The notes under the pieces were generated by a model. It did not search any database and was not told the origin of the DNA. It saw only the letters and a list, made by a program, of their open reading frames with translations. Made by a program: the position numbers and the translations under genes. This document shows, one piece after another, positions 1 through 9,458 of a stretch of DNA of 64,000 nucleotides; position 1 is the first letter of the stretch; each line of letters starts with the position of its first letter. This DNA comes from Deltaproteobacteria bacterium (GTDB lineage Bacteria > Myxococcota_A > UBA9160 > SZUA-336), in NCBI GenBank assembly GCA_016875225.1, contig VGRW01000001.1, forward strand, positions 66,225-130,224. The letters run 5' to 3'.

Positions 1-311
1 GTCAGGCCCTTCTCGCGCAGGCGTCCGCCGAGTCGATCGATCTCGCGGCGGTGCAGAAGCAGCTTGCGCGGCCGCTCGGGCAGGTGGTTCTCGCGACCCG
101 CATGCGTGTAGGGCGCGATGTGCGCCTTCATCAGGTAGACCTCGCTGCCGCGGACCTGCGCGTAGGCGTCGGAGAGGTTGGCGGCACCGGCGCGGAGCGA
201 CTTCACCTCGGACCCGGTCAGCACCATTCCGGCCTCGACGGTCTCGTCGATGTGGTACTGGAAGCGCGCCTTGCGGTTCTTGCAGATCGATTTTCGGGCG
301 GGCTCGGCCAA
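1..311 (-). CDS. smpB: SsrA-binding protein SmpB (3' end cut by window edge; TTG start tentative)
   Basis: Minus-strand translation from ~311 reads ...[58 protein letters not shown]..., which matches the SmpB signature (E. coli ...[36 protein letters not shown]). It is absent from the ORF track because there is no ATG/GTG start, and it runs off the window at position 1. Confidence 0.7.
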   Translation of the reverse strand, partial: [103 protein letters not shown]

Positions 312-322
312 GCCCCGCCAGC

Positions 323-673
323 CTAGCGGAGCGCGTTCTGCCCGTCGACGAAGCAGATCCGAGGCTGGTAGGCGCGCGCCTCGTCCGTCGTCATCTGCGC
401 GTAGCTCGCGATGATCACGAGATCGCCCGGCTTCACCAGGTGCGCGGCCGCGCCGTTGATCCCGATCACGCCGCTCCCCGGCTCGCCGTGGATCACGTAC
501 GTCGCGAGCCGCGAGCCGTTGGTCACGTCGTAGATCTCGACGCGCTCGTTCGGCAGCAGATCGGCGGCACTCGCGAGCTCCGCGTCGATCGTGATCGAGC
601 CTTCGTACTCGAGGTTCGCCTCGGTCACGGTCGCGCGATGGATTTTCGACTTCATCAGCGTGCGGAGCATCAC
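323..673 (-). CDS. panD: Aspartate 1-decarboxylase
   Basis: 116-aa [33 protein letters not shown]... is a full-length PanD-like pyruvoyl enzyme (GS cleavage motif). It is the last gene of panB-panC-panD. Confidence 0.9.
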   Translation of the reverse strand: MMLRTLMKSKIHRATVTEANLEYEGSITIDAELASAADLLPNERVEIYDVTNGSRLATYVIHGEPGSGVIGINGAAAHLVKPGDLVIIASYAQMTTDEARAYQPRICFVDGQNALR

Positions 674-1536
674 GGGGCCTCCAGGATCGCGTTGTCGATC
701 AGGCGCGTGCCCTCGAAGCGCACCGCGAGCGCGAGCAGCGAGCGCCCCGCGACCTGGCGCACCGGCTCGAGGCTCTCGGCATCGACGAGCTGCACGTAGT
801 CGATCTCGGCCAGCGGCTCCTTCTCGATCCGCCGCCGCGCCTCCGCGCAGACACTGGCCGCATCGCGCACGCCGGCGCGCACGAGCGCGCGTGCCTCGTG
901 GAGCGCGGCGTTGAGCGCGGTGGCCTGCTGGCGCGCGCGCGAAGAGAGGAACGCGTTTCGCGAGCTCATCGCAAGTCCATCCGGCTCGCGTACGATCGGC
1001 CCGCCGATGATCTCGATCCCGAAGCAGAGATCGCGCGTCATGCGCCGGATCACCGCCAGCTGCTGGTAGTCCTTCTCGCCGAAGATGGCCACGTGCGGGC
1101 GGGCGGCGTTGAAGAGCCGCGCGACCACCGTCGTCACGCCGCGGAAATGCCCGGGGCGGCTGCTGCCGCAGAGTCCCGCGGTGAGTCGTTCGACCGTCAC
1201 CCAGGTGGCGTCGCCGCCGGGGTAGATCTCTTCGACCGAAGGCGTGAAGACGACGTCCGTTCCCACCTTGCGCAGGCTCTCGACGTCTCGTGCGAGATCG
1301 CGCGGGTAGCGCGCGAAGTCCTCCGCCGGGCCGAACTGCGTGGGGTTCACGAAGATCGACACGACTACGCGATCGGCGAGACGATGGCCCGCCTGCACCA
1401 GCGAGAGGTGGCCCTCGTGCAGCGCGCCCATCGTCGGCACGAGCGCGATGCGCCGACCGGAGGCGCGCGTCTCGTCGCTCCAGCGCTGGAGCTCCGCGCA
1501 GGTGCGGATCAGCTGTGGCTCAGTACGATTCAGCAT
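670..1536 (-). CDS. panC: Pantoate--beta-alanine ligase
   Basis: 288-aa ORF carrying the PanC motif [17 protein letters not shown]. There is a 4-nt overlap with panD. Confidence 0.9.
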   Translation of the reverse strand: MLNRTEPQLIRTCAELQRWSDETRASGRRIALVPTMGALHEGHLSLVQAGHRLADRVVVSIFVNPTQFGPAEDFARYPRDLARDVESLRKVGTDVVFTPSVEEIYPGGDATWVTVERLTAGLCGSSRPGHFRGVTTVVARLFNAARPHVAIFGEKDYQQLAVIRRMTRDLCFGIEIIGGPIVREPDGLAMSSRNAFLSSRARQQATALNAALHEARALVRAGVRDAASVCAEARRRIEKEPLAEIDYVQLVDAESLEPVRQVAGRSLLALAVRFEGTRLIDNAILEAP

Positions 1537-2323
1537 CGCCGGGGAACTTCTGGTTGCGGACGTCCTCGGCCCACATCTCGGCCGCGCGGCGCGCGATTTC
1601 GCCCAGCGCGACGTACTGGCGCACGAAGCGCGGTGGAGGCGTCTCCGACAGGCCGAGCAGGTCGTGCATCACGAGCACCTGCCCGTCGCAGCCCACGCCG
1701 GCGCCGATTCCGATCGTCGGGATCGAGAGCGCCTGCGTCACCTCGCGCGCCAGATCCTTGGGCACGCACTCGAGCACGACCGCGAACGCGCCGGCGGCCT
1801 CGACCGCGCGCGCGTCGCGCAACACGCGATCGTGACCGGCGTCGCCGCGGCCCTGCACGCGGAAGCCACCGAACTGGTGCACCGATTGCGGCGTGAGCCC
1901 GACGTGGCCCATCACCGGGATCTCCATCCGCGCGATCGCCTCGATCCGGTCGGCGACCCGCTCGCCGCCCTCGAGCTTGACCGCGTGCGCGCCGCCGTCC
2001 TTCATCAGCCGGACGGCGCTTTCGACGGCCTGAGCGACACCCGTGTGGTAGCTGCCGAACGGCATGTCGCCGACGACCAGCGCTCGCCGCGCGGCGCGGC
2101 TCACCATTCGCGTGTGGTAGACCATCTCGTCTAGCGTCACGGGAAGCGTCGTCTCGTTGCCCTGAACGACGTTGCCGAGGCTGTCGCCCACGAGCAGCAC
2201 GTCGACGCCGGCCGCATCGAAGATCCGCGCGAAGGCGAAGTCGTACGCGGTGATCATCGCGAGCTTCTCGCCGCGCGCCTTGCGGCGGGCGAGTGCCGGC
2301 ACGGTGATGCGAGCTTCGTTCAT
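1520..2323 (-). CDS. panB: 3-methyl-2-oxobutanoate hydroxymethyltransferase
   Basis: The ORF contains KLAMITAYDFAFARIFDAAGVDVLLVGDSLGNVVQG. The start was trimmed to MNEARITVPAL (ATG at 2323), which is preceded by GGAGGTGG. Confidence 0.85.
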   Translation of the reverse strand: MNEARITVPALARRKARGEKLAMITAYDFAFARIFDAAGVDVLLVGDSLGNVVQGNETTLPVTLDEMVYHTRMVSRAARRALVVGDMPFGSYHTGVAQAVESAVRLMKDGGAHAVKLEGGERVADRIEAIARMEIPVMGHVGLTPQSVHQFGGFRVQGRGDAGHDRVLRDARAVEAAGAFAVVLECVPKDLAREVTQALSIPTIGIGAGVGCDGQVLVMHDLLGLSETPPPRFVRQYVALGEIARRAAEMWAEDVRNQKFPGDAESY

Positions 2324-2536
2324 CTTCCACCTCCCGCGGCCCGCATACGAATCGAGCGCCCCGATCCGTGCCGAAGATCGAAAGGCGCTCTCGCGTGCAG
2401 ACTGCGGACGGCGGCTTCTCGCCCGGCCGTCCTCATCGAACATCGCGCCTTCGGTCTCGGTCCCCGCTCCTGGCGGATTGGGGATCCCAGCTTCCGGGCT
2501 CTATCTCGATGCGAACCAGAACCTACGCGGCAGAGC

Positions 2537-3286
2537 CTACGGGCGAGCTCCCGGGTCTGTCAACGGCGGCGCCGCCGCGAGCACGTCGGAGAGGCGCGCG
2601 AACTCGATCTCGTCGAGCGTCTCGCCGCGGCGCTGCGCGTCGATGCCGGCGGCCTGGAGCGCCGTCTCCGCGTTGGGGAACTCGGCGCGAAGCGCGCGCT
2701 TGAGCTGCTTTCGACGCTGCTGAAACGCCGCGCGCACCACGCGGCGCAAGAGCCCGGGATCGCTCACGGTCGGCCCGCCGCACCTGGGCTCCAGGACCAG
2801 GAAGCTCGAGCGCACCTTCGGCCGCGGCGAGAACTCCTCGGGCGACAGGTCGAGCACGCGCCGCGAAACGGTCCAGAGCCGCGCCCACACCGAGAGCACG
2901 CCGTACTCGGGCGTCGCGGGGGCGGCGAGGAGCCGATCGGCGACCTCGGCTTGAAGCATGAACCCCATGCGCCGGAACGGAATCGCGGGCGCGAGCAGGT
3001 TGCCGAGCAGCCTTCCCGCGACGCTGTACGGAAGGTTCCCGATCAGGATCACCGGCGCGCCCAGCTCGCGCACGAGTGCCGGGAAGTCGGTCGCGAGCGC
3101 GTCGGCCTCGCGAACCTCCACGCTGGCCGGCAGCTCGCCCTCCTCGGCCAGCAGGCGCACGAGCCCGCGGTCGACCTCGAGCGCGATCGTCCTGCGCGCG
3201 ATGCGCGCGAGCGGGCGCGTGAGCTGACCGGTGCCGGGTCCGATCTCGATCGCCGCGTCGCTCGGCTCTACACCGACGAGCGACAC
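2537..3286 (-). CDS. rsmA: 16S rRNA (adenine1518/1519-N6)-dimethyltransferase RsmA/KsgA; the N-terminus probably extends to ~3340-3390
   Basis: 249-aa ORF with IEIGPGTGQLT (SAM motif) and NLPYSVAG. The in-frame upstream sequence encodes ...ARGQNFLRRPELAGRIV, the conserved KsgA N-terminus, but there is no ATG/GTG/TTG start there (see findings). Confidence 0.85.
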   Translation of the reverse strand: MSLVGVEPSDAAIEIGPGTGQLTRPLARIARRTIALEVDRGLVRLLAEEGELPASVEVREADALATDFPALVRELGAPVILIGNLPYSVAGRLLGNLLAPAIPFRRMGFMLQAEVADRLLAAPATPEYGVLSVWARLWTVSRRVLDLSPEEFSPRPKVRSSFLVLEPRCGGPTVSDPGLLRRVVRAAFQQRRKQLKRALRAEFPNAETALQAAGIDAQRRGETLDEIEFARLSDVLAAAPPLTDPGARP

Positions 3287-3381
3287 GATCCGACCGGCGA
3301 GCTCGGGGCGGCGCAGGAAGTTCTGACCGCGCGCGCGCGAGGGCGCGAGGCCGCGGGACGCGAGTCGGCGCCGCTCGGAGG

Positions 3382-4416
3382 CTATCGGGACCCCGATCGG
3401 CCGACGGGCACGCGCGAGAAGGCCTCGAGGTCGAGCCCGGCCGTGCGGCCCTCGCGCAGCATGCCGTCCGCGACCGCTCCGATCATCGCGGCGTTGTCGG
3501 TGCAGAGCGCCAGCGCGGGAAAGCGCGTCTCGATCCCGAGCTCGTCCGCGAGCTCGGCCATCCGCTCGCGAAGCCTCGAGTTCGCCGCGAGCCCGCCGAC
3601 CAGCGCAAATCGCCTCAGTCCGGTCTCGGCGAGGGCCCGACGGGCCTTCGCCACCAGAACGTCGATCGCCGCCTCCTGGAACGAGGCGCAGAGGTCGCAG
3701 ATCTCGTCCGCCGAAAGCATCCCACCCGCGAGCGCCTCCAGCCGCGCAGCCTCCAGGGCGACCGCGGTCTTCAGCCCCGAGAAGCTCATCGCAAGCGCTG
3801 GCTCGTGCAGCATCGGACGAGGAAATGCGAAGGCATCGGCGCGGCCGCGCCGCGCGTGAAGATCCACCTCGCGCCCGCCCGGATACCCCAGCCCGAGACG
3901 CTTTGCGACCTTGTCGAAGGCCTCCCCCGCGGAGTCGTCTCGGGTCTGGCCGAGCAGCCGCGCGCTCGCGAGGGTCTCGACCCAGTAGAGGGCGGTGTGG
4001 CCGCCGGAGACGACGAGACCCAGGAACGGCAGAGCGAGCGGGTGCTCGCCGAGCCGCGCGGACGCGAGATGCCCCTCGATGTGGTGCACCGATACGAGCG
4101 GCTTGCGCAGGCGGTACGCCAGCGCCTTTGCGAACGAGAGCCCCACCAGAAGCGAGCCGATCAGCCCCGGCCCGGAGGTCACGGCGATCGCGTCGATCTC
4201 GTCGAGCGCGACGTTCGAGCGCGCGAGCGCCGCACTCACGGTGGAGTGCAGGTGCCGGACGTGATCGCGGCTGGCGAGCTCGGGAACGACGCCGCCGTAC
4301 GGAGCGTGCACGGCGTCCTGGCTCTGGACCACCGAGGCCAGCACCTCGACGCCATCGCGAACGACCGCCGCAGCGAGATCATCGCACGACGACTCGAGCG
4401 CCAGGATCAGCGCCAT
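3382..4416 (-). CDS. tsaD: tRNA N6-adenosine threonylcarbamoyltransferase
   Basis: 344-aa Kae1/TsaD family ORF with MALILALESSCDDLAAAVV...VSVHHIEGHLASARL (HxEGH metal site). Confidence 0.9.
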   Translation of the reverse strand: MALILALESSCDDLAAAVVRDGVEVLASVVQSQDAVHAPYGGVVPELASRDHVRHLHSTVSAALARSNVALDEIDAIAVTSGPGLIGSLLVGLSFAKALAYRLRKPLVSVHHIEGHLASARLGEHPLALPFLGLVVSGGHTALYWVETLASARLLGQTRDDSAGEAFDKVAKRLGLGYPGGREVDLHARRGRADAFAFPRPMLHEPALAMSFSGLKTAVALEAARLEALAGGMLSADEICDLCASFQEAAIDVLVAKARRALAETGLRRFALVGGLAANSRLRERMAELADELGIETRFPALALCTDNAAMIGAVADGMLREGRTAGLDLEAFSRVPVGRSGSR

Positions 4417-4432
4417 CGCGCCTCCCGGAAGC

Positions 4433-4786
4433 TCAGTGTTCGAGCTTCTCCTGCTGGCTCTTGCAGTCGATGCACAGGCTCGCGACCGGCCGCGCCTCGA
4501 GGCGCTTCAGGCCGATGTCCTCGCCGCACTGCACGCAGGTGCCGAAGGTCCCCGCCTCGATCTTCGCCAGCGACGCCTCGATCTTCTGCAGGAGCGCCCG
4601 CTCGCGCTCACGCAGTCGGCCCACGAAGGCAAGGCCGCTCTCGGCCGACGCCGAATCGATCTCGTCCGAGAAGTCGTCCGGATCGAGATGGATGTCGCCG
4701 GTCAGCGCTCGGCGCGCGTTCACGACCAGCTTGTCTCGCTGCTCGATCAGCATCTTCTGGAACTTCTTCTGGTCGGCCTTCTTCAC
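4433..4786 (-). CDS. dksA: DksA/TraR-family C4 zinc-finger transcription factor
   Basis: C-terminal CVQCGEDIGLKRLEARPVASLCIDC zinc finger with a coiled-coil N-terminus. GTG start at 4786-4784 was chosen because it overlaps the cpoB TGA (GTGA) and gives the typical 117 aa. The ORF track's longer ATG start at 4873 would overlap cpoB by 90 nt. Confidence 0.7.
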   Translation of the reverse strand: MKKADQKKFQKMLIEQRDKLVVNARRALTGDIHLDPDDFSDEIDSASAESGLAFVGRLRERERALLQKIEASLAKIEAGTFGTCVQCGEDIGLKRLEARPVASLCIDCKSQQEKLEH

Positions 4787-5580
4787 GTCGGACACTTCTC
4801 CAGCTGCCTGCGCGCCTCGGGAACACGGTCCGAGTTCGGGAACTCGTCGGCGATCCTGCGGAAGATCTGACACGCGGCGGGCGTATAGGTCTTCTGCTGC
4901 TTGGTGCGAGCGCCGATCTCGAGCAGCGACACGCCCTGACGGTAGAGCGCGTCCGGAACCTTGTTCCCGTCCGGGAAGCGCTTCACGACCTTGTCGAACG
5001 CCACTGCCGCCTGCTCGTAGTCGTTCATCTTGAAGTACGACTCACCCATCCAGAAGAGCGCGTTGTCCGCATAATCGGAGGACGGGTGAGTTTGTAGGAA
5101 CACCTGGAAGCGGTCAATGGCGCCGGGGTAATCGGCGGCGCGGTAGCGGCGGAAGGCTTCTTCGTAGTCGCGCACCTCCTCGGCGGGCGCGCTGCCTGCG
5201 CCCGGTGCAGGTTCGTCGACTCCGGTCTGGGGAGCCGGGACCGCGGCGACTTCGCCGCCCGGCTCGGGCATCGCGCCCGTGGCCGGCGCCGCGGACACGG
5301 GGCTCTGCTCGAGCTGCCTGCGCAGCGTCTCGATTTCGCCGCGCAGCCTCGCGACCTCTGCCTGCAGCTCGTCGATCTCCGCGCCCTGCTCGGCAAGCCG
5401 GTCTCCAGCGGCGGCCGGCCTCTGGGCCCAGGAGTCCGCGGCCGCCGGCGCGCTGCCCCCGCTTCGCTTCAGCTTCTCGACATCGCGCCGGAGTGATTGG
5501 AACTCCGGAACGGTGACGCAAGCGCAGAGCAGGGACAACGCGCCGAGGGACAGCGCGAAGCGGAGCGCAGCTCGACCCAA
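4783..5580 (-). CDS. cpoB: Tol-Pal system protein CpoB/YbgF (coiled-coil plus TPR)
   Basis: Signal peptide, Ala/Gln-rich coiled coil and C-terminal TPR (YADNALFWMGESYFKMNDYEQAAVAFDKVVKRFP). It sits directly downstream of pal. Confidence 0.8.
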   Translation of the reverse strand: MGRAALRFALSLGALSLLCACVTVPEFQSLRRDVEKLKRSGGSAPAAADSWAQRPAAAGDRLAEQGAEIDELQAEVARLRGEIETLRRQLEQSPVSAAPATGAMPEPGGEVAAVPAPQTGVDEPAPGAGSAPAEEVRDYEEAFRRYRAADYPGAIDRFQVFLQTHPSSDYADNALFWMGESYFKMNDYEQAAVAFDKVVKRFPDGNKVPDALYRQGVSLLEIGARTKQQKTYTPAACQIFRRIADEFPNSDRVPEARRQLEKCPT

Positions 5581-5581
5581 A

Positions 5582-6055
5582 TCAGCGAACTTTGAAGTCG
5601 TCGCGGCGATTCTTCGCCCAGGCCAGCTCGTTGTGACCCTCGACCGCCGGGCGCTCCTTGCCGTAGCTCACCGTGGTCATGCGCGAGGAGTCGACGCCGA
5701 GGTCCGCGAGGTACGTGTACGCCGCGTCGGCCCGGCGCTTGCCGAGAGCCAGGTTGTACTCGGCGCTGCCCCGCTCGTCGCAGTTGCCCTCGATCGTGAT
5801 GTTCACGCCCGGGTTGCTCTTCAGGTAGCTGGCGTTGGCCTGCAGCCCCTCGCGAGCGTCGGCGCGCAGGTCCGACCGGTCGAAATCGAAGTAGATGGTG
5901 CGGAATGCACTGTTGTCGCCCATCCCGGAAGCCGGCCGACTCGTCGGAGCCTCGGACCCGAACCCGGTCTTGTCGGTCGGTGCCGGCGGCGGAGTCTTCG
6001 CACATGCCGCGAACGCAACCACCACCAACGCCAATCCGAATACTCGCTTGACCAC
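5582..6055 (-). CDS. pal: Peptidoglycan-associated lipoprotein Pal (OmpA-C domain)
   Basis: OmpA-like domain TIYFDFDRSDLRADAREGLQANASYL...NRRDDFKV and lipobox VVAFAAC. The start was trimmed to GTG at 6055, with GGAGG 7 nt upstream. The 291-aa ATG ORF would overlap tolB. Confidence 0.85.
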   Translation of the reverse strand: MVKRVFGLALVVVAFAACAKTPPPAPTDKTGFGSEAPTSRPASGMGDNSAFRTIYFDFDRSDLRADAREGLQANASYLKSNPGVNITIEGNCDERGSAEYNLALGKRRADAAYTYLADLGVDSSRMTTVSYGKERPAVEGHNELAWAKNRRDDFKVR

Positions 6056-6189
6056 CGTGAACCCTCCTGTTCTGTGACCCAACGCACAATCCAGCGCGCG
6101 ATCACATCCTTGAAAACCGGCGCATTCTGTACCCGGGAATCCGCGGATTTGCAAACAGATTCTGCCCTCGAGGGCCCTCTTGGCCACGT

Positions 6190-7488
6190 TCACTGAAGCC
6201 AGTTGGACCAGCACGGGCTGGAGGAGTTGCCGAATCCGTCGGTCAGGACCGTGACGTTCTGCCCGTCGATGTCGATGCGGTAGATCTCCTTGCGGCCCCG
6301 CCGGTTCGAGGTGAAGGCGAGCTTGCGCCCGTCCGCGGACCAGGCGGGATCCTCGTCGCTCCGGGGGTGCGTGACCAACGGCGTCGTGAAGGTGCCCTCG
6401 GGATTGATCAGGTAGATGTCGAAGTTGTTCCCCGCCTGCGCTGCGTAGGCGATCCACTCGCCCGTGGGCGACCAGGCGGGGCTGGAGTTGTAGACCCCGC
6501 TGAAGGTCAGACGGTGCTCCTCCCCGCTCTCGAGATCCTTGATCCAGACCTGCGGTGCGCCGCTGCGATCGGAGACGAATGCCATCCTGCGTCCGTCCGG
6601 CGAGAACGTCGGCGAGGTCTCGATCGCGCGCGACTCGGTGAGACGGACCGGAGCCGAGCCGTTGCTCGAGACCGAGTAGATGTCGGTGTTCCCTTGGCGA
6701 GCGACGACGGCCGCGATCCGGCCGTTGGTCGGGTGCCAGACGCCGCGGTACTTCTCGTCCTTGGTGTTGATCAGTCGCACGCCCGGCTTGCTGCCGCGAT
6801 AGAGGAGGAACAGCTCCGAGAGGCCTGCCTTGAACGAGGTGTAGACGAGTGTCTTGCCGTCGGGGGACCAGGCGGGAAACAGATTGATCGAGCCGTTGTT
6901 CGTGACCCGGCGCTTGCCCGAGCCGTCGGCCTCCATCACCCAGATTTCTTTGTTCCTGCGCCCGTTGTCCGAGACGAACGCGACCTGCGTCGAGGAGACT
7001 CCGCGCCGCCCCGTGAAGCGCTCGACGATGTCGTCGGCGACGACGCGCGCGAGCAGTCCGAGCTCCGCGCGGTCGCGCTCACGAAACGACACGTCGCCGA
7101 GCAGCCGACACCGAGCCGTGTCCCAGACCCTGAATCGCGACTGCACCTTTCCCTGCGCCACGCGCAGCTCACCCTGGACCAGCCCCTCCGCGCCGATCGC
7201 GCGCCAGTTCTCGCAGGGCACGGCCGGTGACTCGAAATCCCGAGTCACCTTCGGCTCGACGAAGGCCTCGGGATTCACGTGCACGGCGACGCTCGAGAAG
7301 TCCAGCCCCGAGACGAGCGCCTGATAGAACTCCTCCGAGAGGGCGCCGCTCCCCGGGTCCGCGGCGAAGCGCTGCACGGCGACCGGGATCGCGCGCTGCG
7401 AGCCCGTCACGTCGACGCGAATCCGCTGTGCCGAGGCTGGCGCCGCAAGCGTGAGGAGAATTCCGAGCAGGAGCAGGCGTGGCGTCAA
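6190..7488 (-). CDS. tolB: Tol-Pal system beta-propeller protein TolB
   Basis: 432 aa with a signal peptide and repeated WSPDG/FSPDG propeller blades. Confidence 0.9.
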   Translation of the reverse strand: MTPRLLLLGILLTLAAPASAQRIRVDVTGSQRAIPVAVQRFAADPGSGALSEEFYQALVSGLDFSSVAVHVNPEAFVEPKVTRDFESPAVPCENWRAIGAEGLVQGELRVAQGKVQSRFRVWDTARCRLLGDVSFRERDRAELGLLARVVADDIVERFTGRRGVSSTQVAFVSDNGRRNKEIWVMEADGSGKRRVTNNGSINLFPAWSPDGKTLVYTSFKAGLSELFLLYRGSKPGVRLINTKDEKYRGVWHPTNGRIAAVVARQGNTDIYSVSSNGSAPVRLTESRAIETSPTFSPDGRRMAFVSDRSGAPQVWIKDLESGEEHRLTFSGVYNSSPAWSPTGEWIAYAAQAGNNFDIYLINPEGTFTTPLVTHPRSDEDPAWSADGRKLAFTSNRRGRKEIYRIDIDGQNVTVLTDGFGNSSSPCWSNWLQ

Positions 7489-8240
7489 AGCGTGTCCTTC
7501 GGATTCATGCCGAGCTCCAGCGCGAGCGCACCGCGGGGCGGCGCGGGAAGCGGATCGGACTTGCGGATCGCGCGCTCGGCCGACTCGTCGCAGTAGCGGT
7601 CGCCGGACGACTTCGCGAGCTCGAGATCTCGCAGCGCGCCGCTCTCGTCGACCTCGAGCGTGAAGACCGGCACGGCCTTGCAGAGCTGCGCACCGGACCA
7701 GTTCGAATGCACCACCGTCCGCACGCGCGCGACCCAGGGCGAGAGCGTGGGATCGAAGACCCCGGGGCCACCCGCGATCGGCGCGGCCGGACCCGGCGCG
7801 GCCTCGGCCGCCGGCTGCGACGGAGGATTGCGCGCCTCGACCTTCTTCGTCAGCTCGGCGAGCAGCTCCTCCGCGGACTTGGGCGCGGGCTCGGGCTTCG
7901 CGGCCGGCTTGGGCTTCGCGGCGAGCGGCACGGGCTCCTTCGGAATCACGATCTCGTCGACCTTCGGCTTGGGCTTCGGTGGTTCCGGCTTGGCCTCGGG
8001 CTTGGGCTTGGGCGGCGGCGGCTTCGCCGCGGGCTTTCGGGCCGGGGCCGCAGCGGCCGGCTTCGGCACGTCGACGACGTTCACCATCACCGGCGAGGGC
8101 GAGATCAGGACGGCGGACCGATGCGGCCGGAGCGTCATGATCAGAAAGAGAGCCACGTGCGCGGCGAGCGAGAGCGCGAGCAGGCGGCGGAACGCCCGGC
8201 TCTCGAGCAGGCTCTCGACTGGAACGTAGGACGCCGTCAC
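7485..8240 (-). CDS. tolA: Cell envelope integrity protein TolA (N-terminal TM, Pro/Lys-rich linker, TonB-like C-terminus)
   Basis: N-terminal TM, a long PKPKPEAKPEPPKPKPK linker and a conserved C-terminal domain. Its position between tolR and tolB supports the call. Confidence 0.7.
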   Translation of the reverse strand: MTASYVPVESLLESRAFRRLLALSLAAHVALFLIMTLRPHRSAVLISPSPVMVNVVDVPKPAAAAPARKPAAKPPPPKPKPEAKPEPPKPKPKVDEIVIPKEPVPLAAKPKPAAKPEPAPKSAEELLAELTKKVEARNPPSQPAAEAAPGPAAPIAGGPGVFDPTLSPWVARVRTVVHSNWSGAQLCKAVPVFTLEVDESGALRDLELAKSSGDRYCDESAERAIRKSDPLPAPPRGALALELGMNPKDTL

Positions 8241-8647
8241 GCCTCGGGCTCGGTCACCATGCCGATGCTCGTCGCGCCGGCGCCGCGAAGGATTGCGAGC
8301 GCCTTCGCCACCGTCCCGTAGGCGACCTTCGCGTCTGCTCGCAGATACACGAGTCGGTCCTCACGCGTGTCGAAGATGGCTTGCAGCTTGGCGCCGAGCT
8401 GATCGATCGGAACCTCGGCGTTTTGGACGAAGACCTGTCCCTCGCGCTTCACCGTGACGACGAGCGGCTGGTTGTCGGAGCGCAGGCCCTGGGACTGCGT
8501 CTTGGGCAGCTCGACGTCGATCCCCTGCTGCATCAGCGGCGCGGTCACCATGAAGATGATGAGCAGCACCAGCATCACGTCGACGAACGGGGTGACGTTG
8601 ATCTCGGAGAGCTGCCGCTTCGGGCCCCGGCCGTCGGCGACGTTCAT
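8237..8647 (-). CDS. tolR: Biopolymer transport protein TolR/ExbD
   Basis: 136 aa of ExbD/TolR type: INVTPFVDVMLVLLIIFMV. Confidence 0.85.
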   Translation of the reverse strand: MNVADGRGPKRQLSEINVTPFVDVMLVLLIIFMVTAPLMQQGIDVELPKTQSQGLRSDNQPLVVTVKREGQVFVQNAEVPIDQLGAKLQAIFDTREDRLVYLRADAKVAYGTVAKALAILRGAGATSIGMVTEPEA

Positions 8648-9306
8648 GCCGCCTTCACTGGAGTGCGGCGAAGCTGGTCGCAGAACTCCAGACAGAACGT
8701 CTCGAGCCGAGCGGCGAGCCGGTTCAAGCGCGCGCTCGAATAGTTGTAGCCGACCGCCGCCGGGATCGCGGCGAACAGTCCGACCGCGGTCGCGACCAGC
8801 GCCTCCGCGATACCGGGCGCGACGACCGCGAGGCTCGCAGAGCCCGAGGCTCCGATCGACTCGAACGAGTTCATGATGCCGACGACGGTTCCGAACAGCC
8901 CGACGAACGGACCGGAGCTCGCGACCGTCGCGAGGAACGAGAGCCCCCGCTCCAGGCGATGCATCTCCTCACCGCGAACCCAGCCCAGTCGGCTCACGAC
9001 GGCCTCGACCTGGTCGCGGGTCAGCTGCCCGTGCGCGCCCTGCATCTTCTCGAGCCGCGCGAGCTCCGTGTATCCGGAACGGAACACGGTTGCGAGCGGG
9101 CTGGCGCCGTGACGGCGGGAGACCTCGTACGCGGTGTCGACGGGGCTTTCGAGGTAGGCCTCGACGAACTGCTCGGTGTCCCGTTCGGCTGCGCGCAGCT
9201 CGCGGAACTTCATGACCAGGATCGCCCACGACGAGATCGACGCGAGGATCAGAAGCAGGAGCACGGCGGAGACCACGGGACTCGAGCCGAGTATGTAATC
9301 GAGCAT
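8644..9306 (-). CDS. tolQ: Tol-Pal proton channel TolQ/ExbB
   Basis: 220 aa, a MotA/TolQ/ExbB family 3-TM protein that is the first gene of tolQRAB-pal-cpoB. Confidence 0.85.
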   Translation of the reverse strand: MLDYILGSSPVVSAVLLLLILASISSWAILVMKFRELRAAERDTEQFVEAYLESPVDTAYEVSRRHGASPLATVFRSGYTELARLEKMQGAHGQLTRDQVEAVVSRLGWVRGEEMHRLERGLSFLATVASSGPFVGLFGTVVGIMNSFESIGASGSASLAVVAPGIAEALVATAVGLFAAIPAAVGYNYSSARLNRLAARLETFCLEFCDQLRRTPVKAA

Positions 9307-9458
9307 GCAGTCGGAACCCCGGGGAGAGGAATCGCGCGACTCTGGGACGGAGCGCGCGGGGCCGCCGGAAGCTACTCGTCACCCCTCTGCGCGTCAACGG
9401 AATCGCCGGAATCGCGCTAAGCTTCGAGCGGCTCACGGTCAGTCACTCGGGGGGACGA

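Noticed and set aside
51-414. Plus-strand ORFs 51-326 and 178-414 at the window start.
   Set aside because: They lie antisense to the clear SmpB coding sequence and the panD 3' end, and no motif or start support was found.
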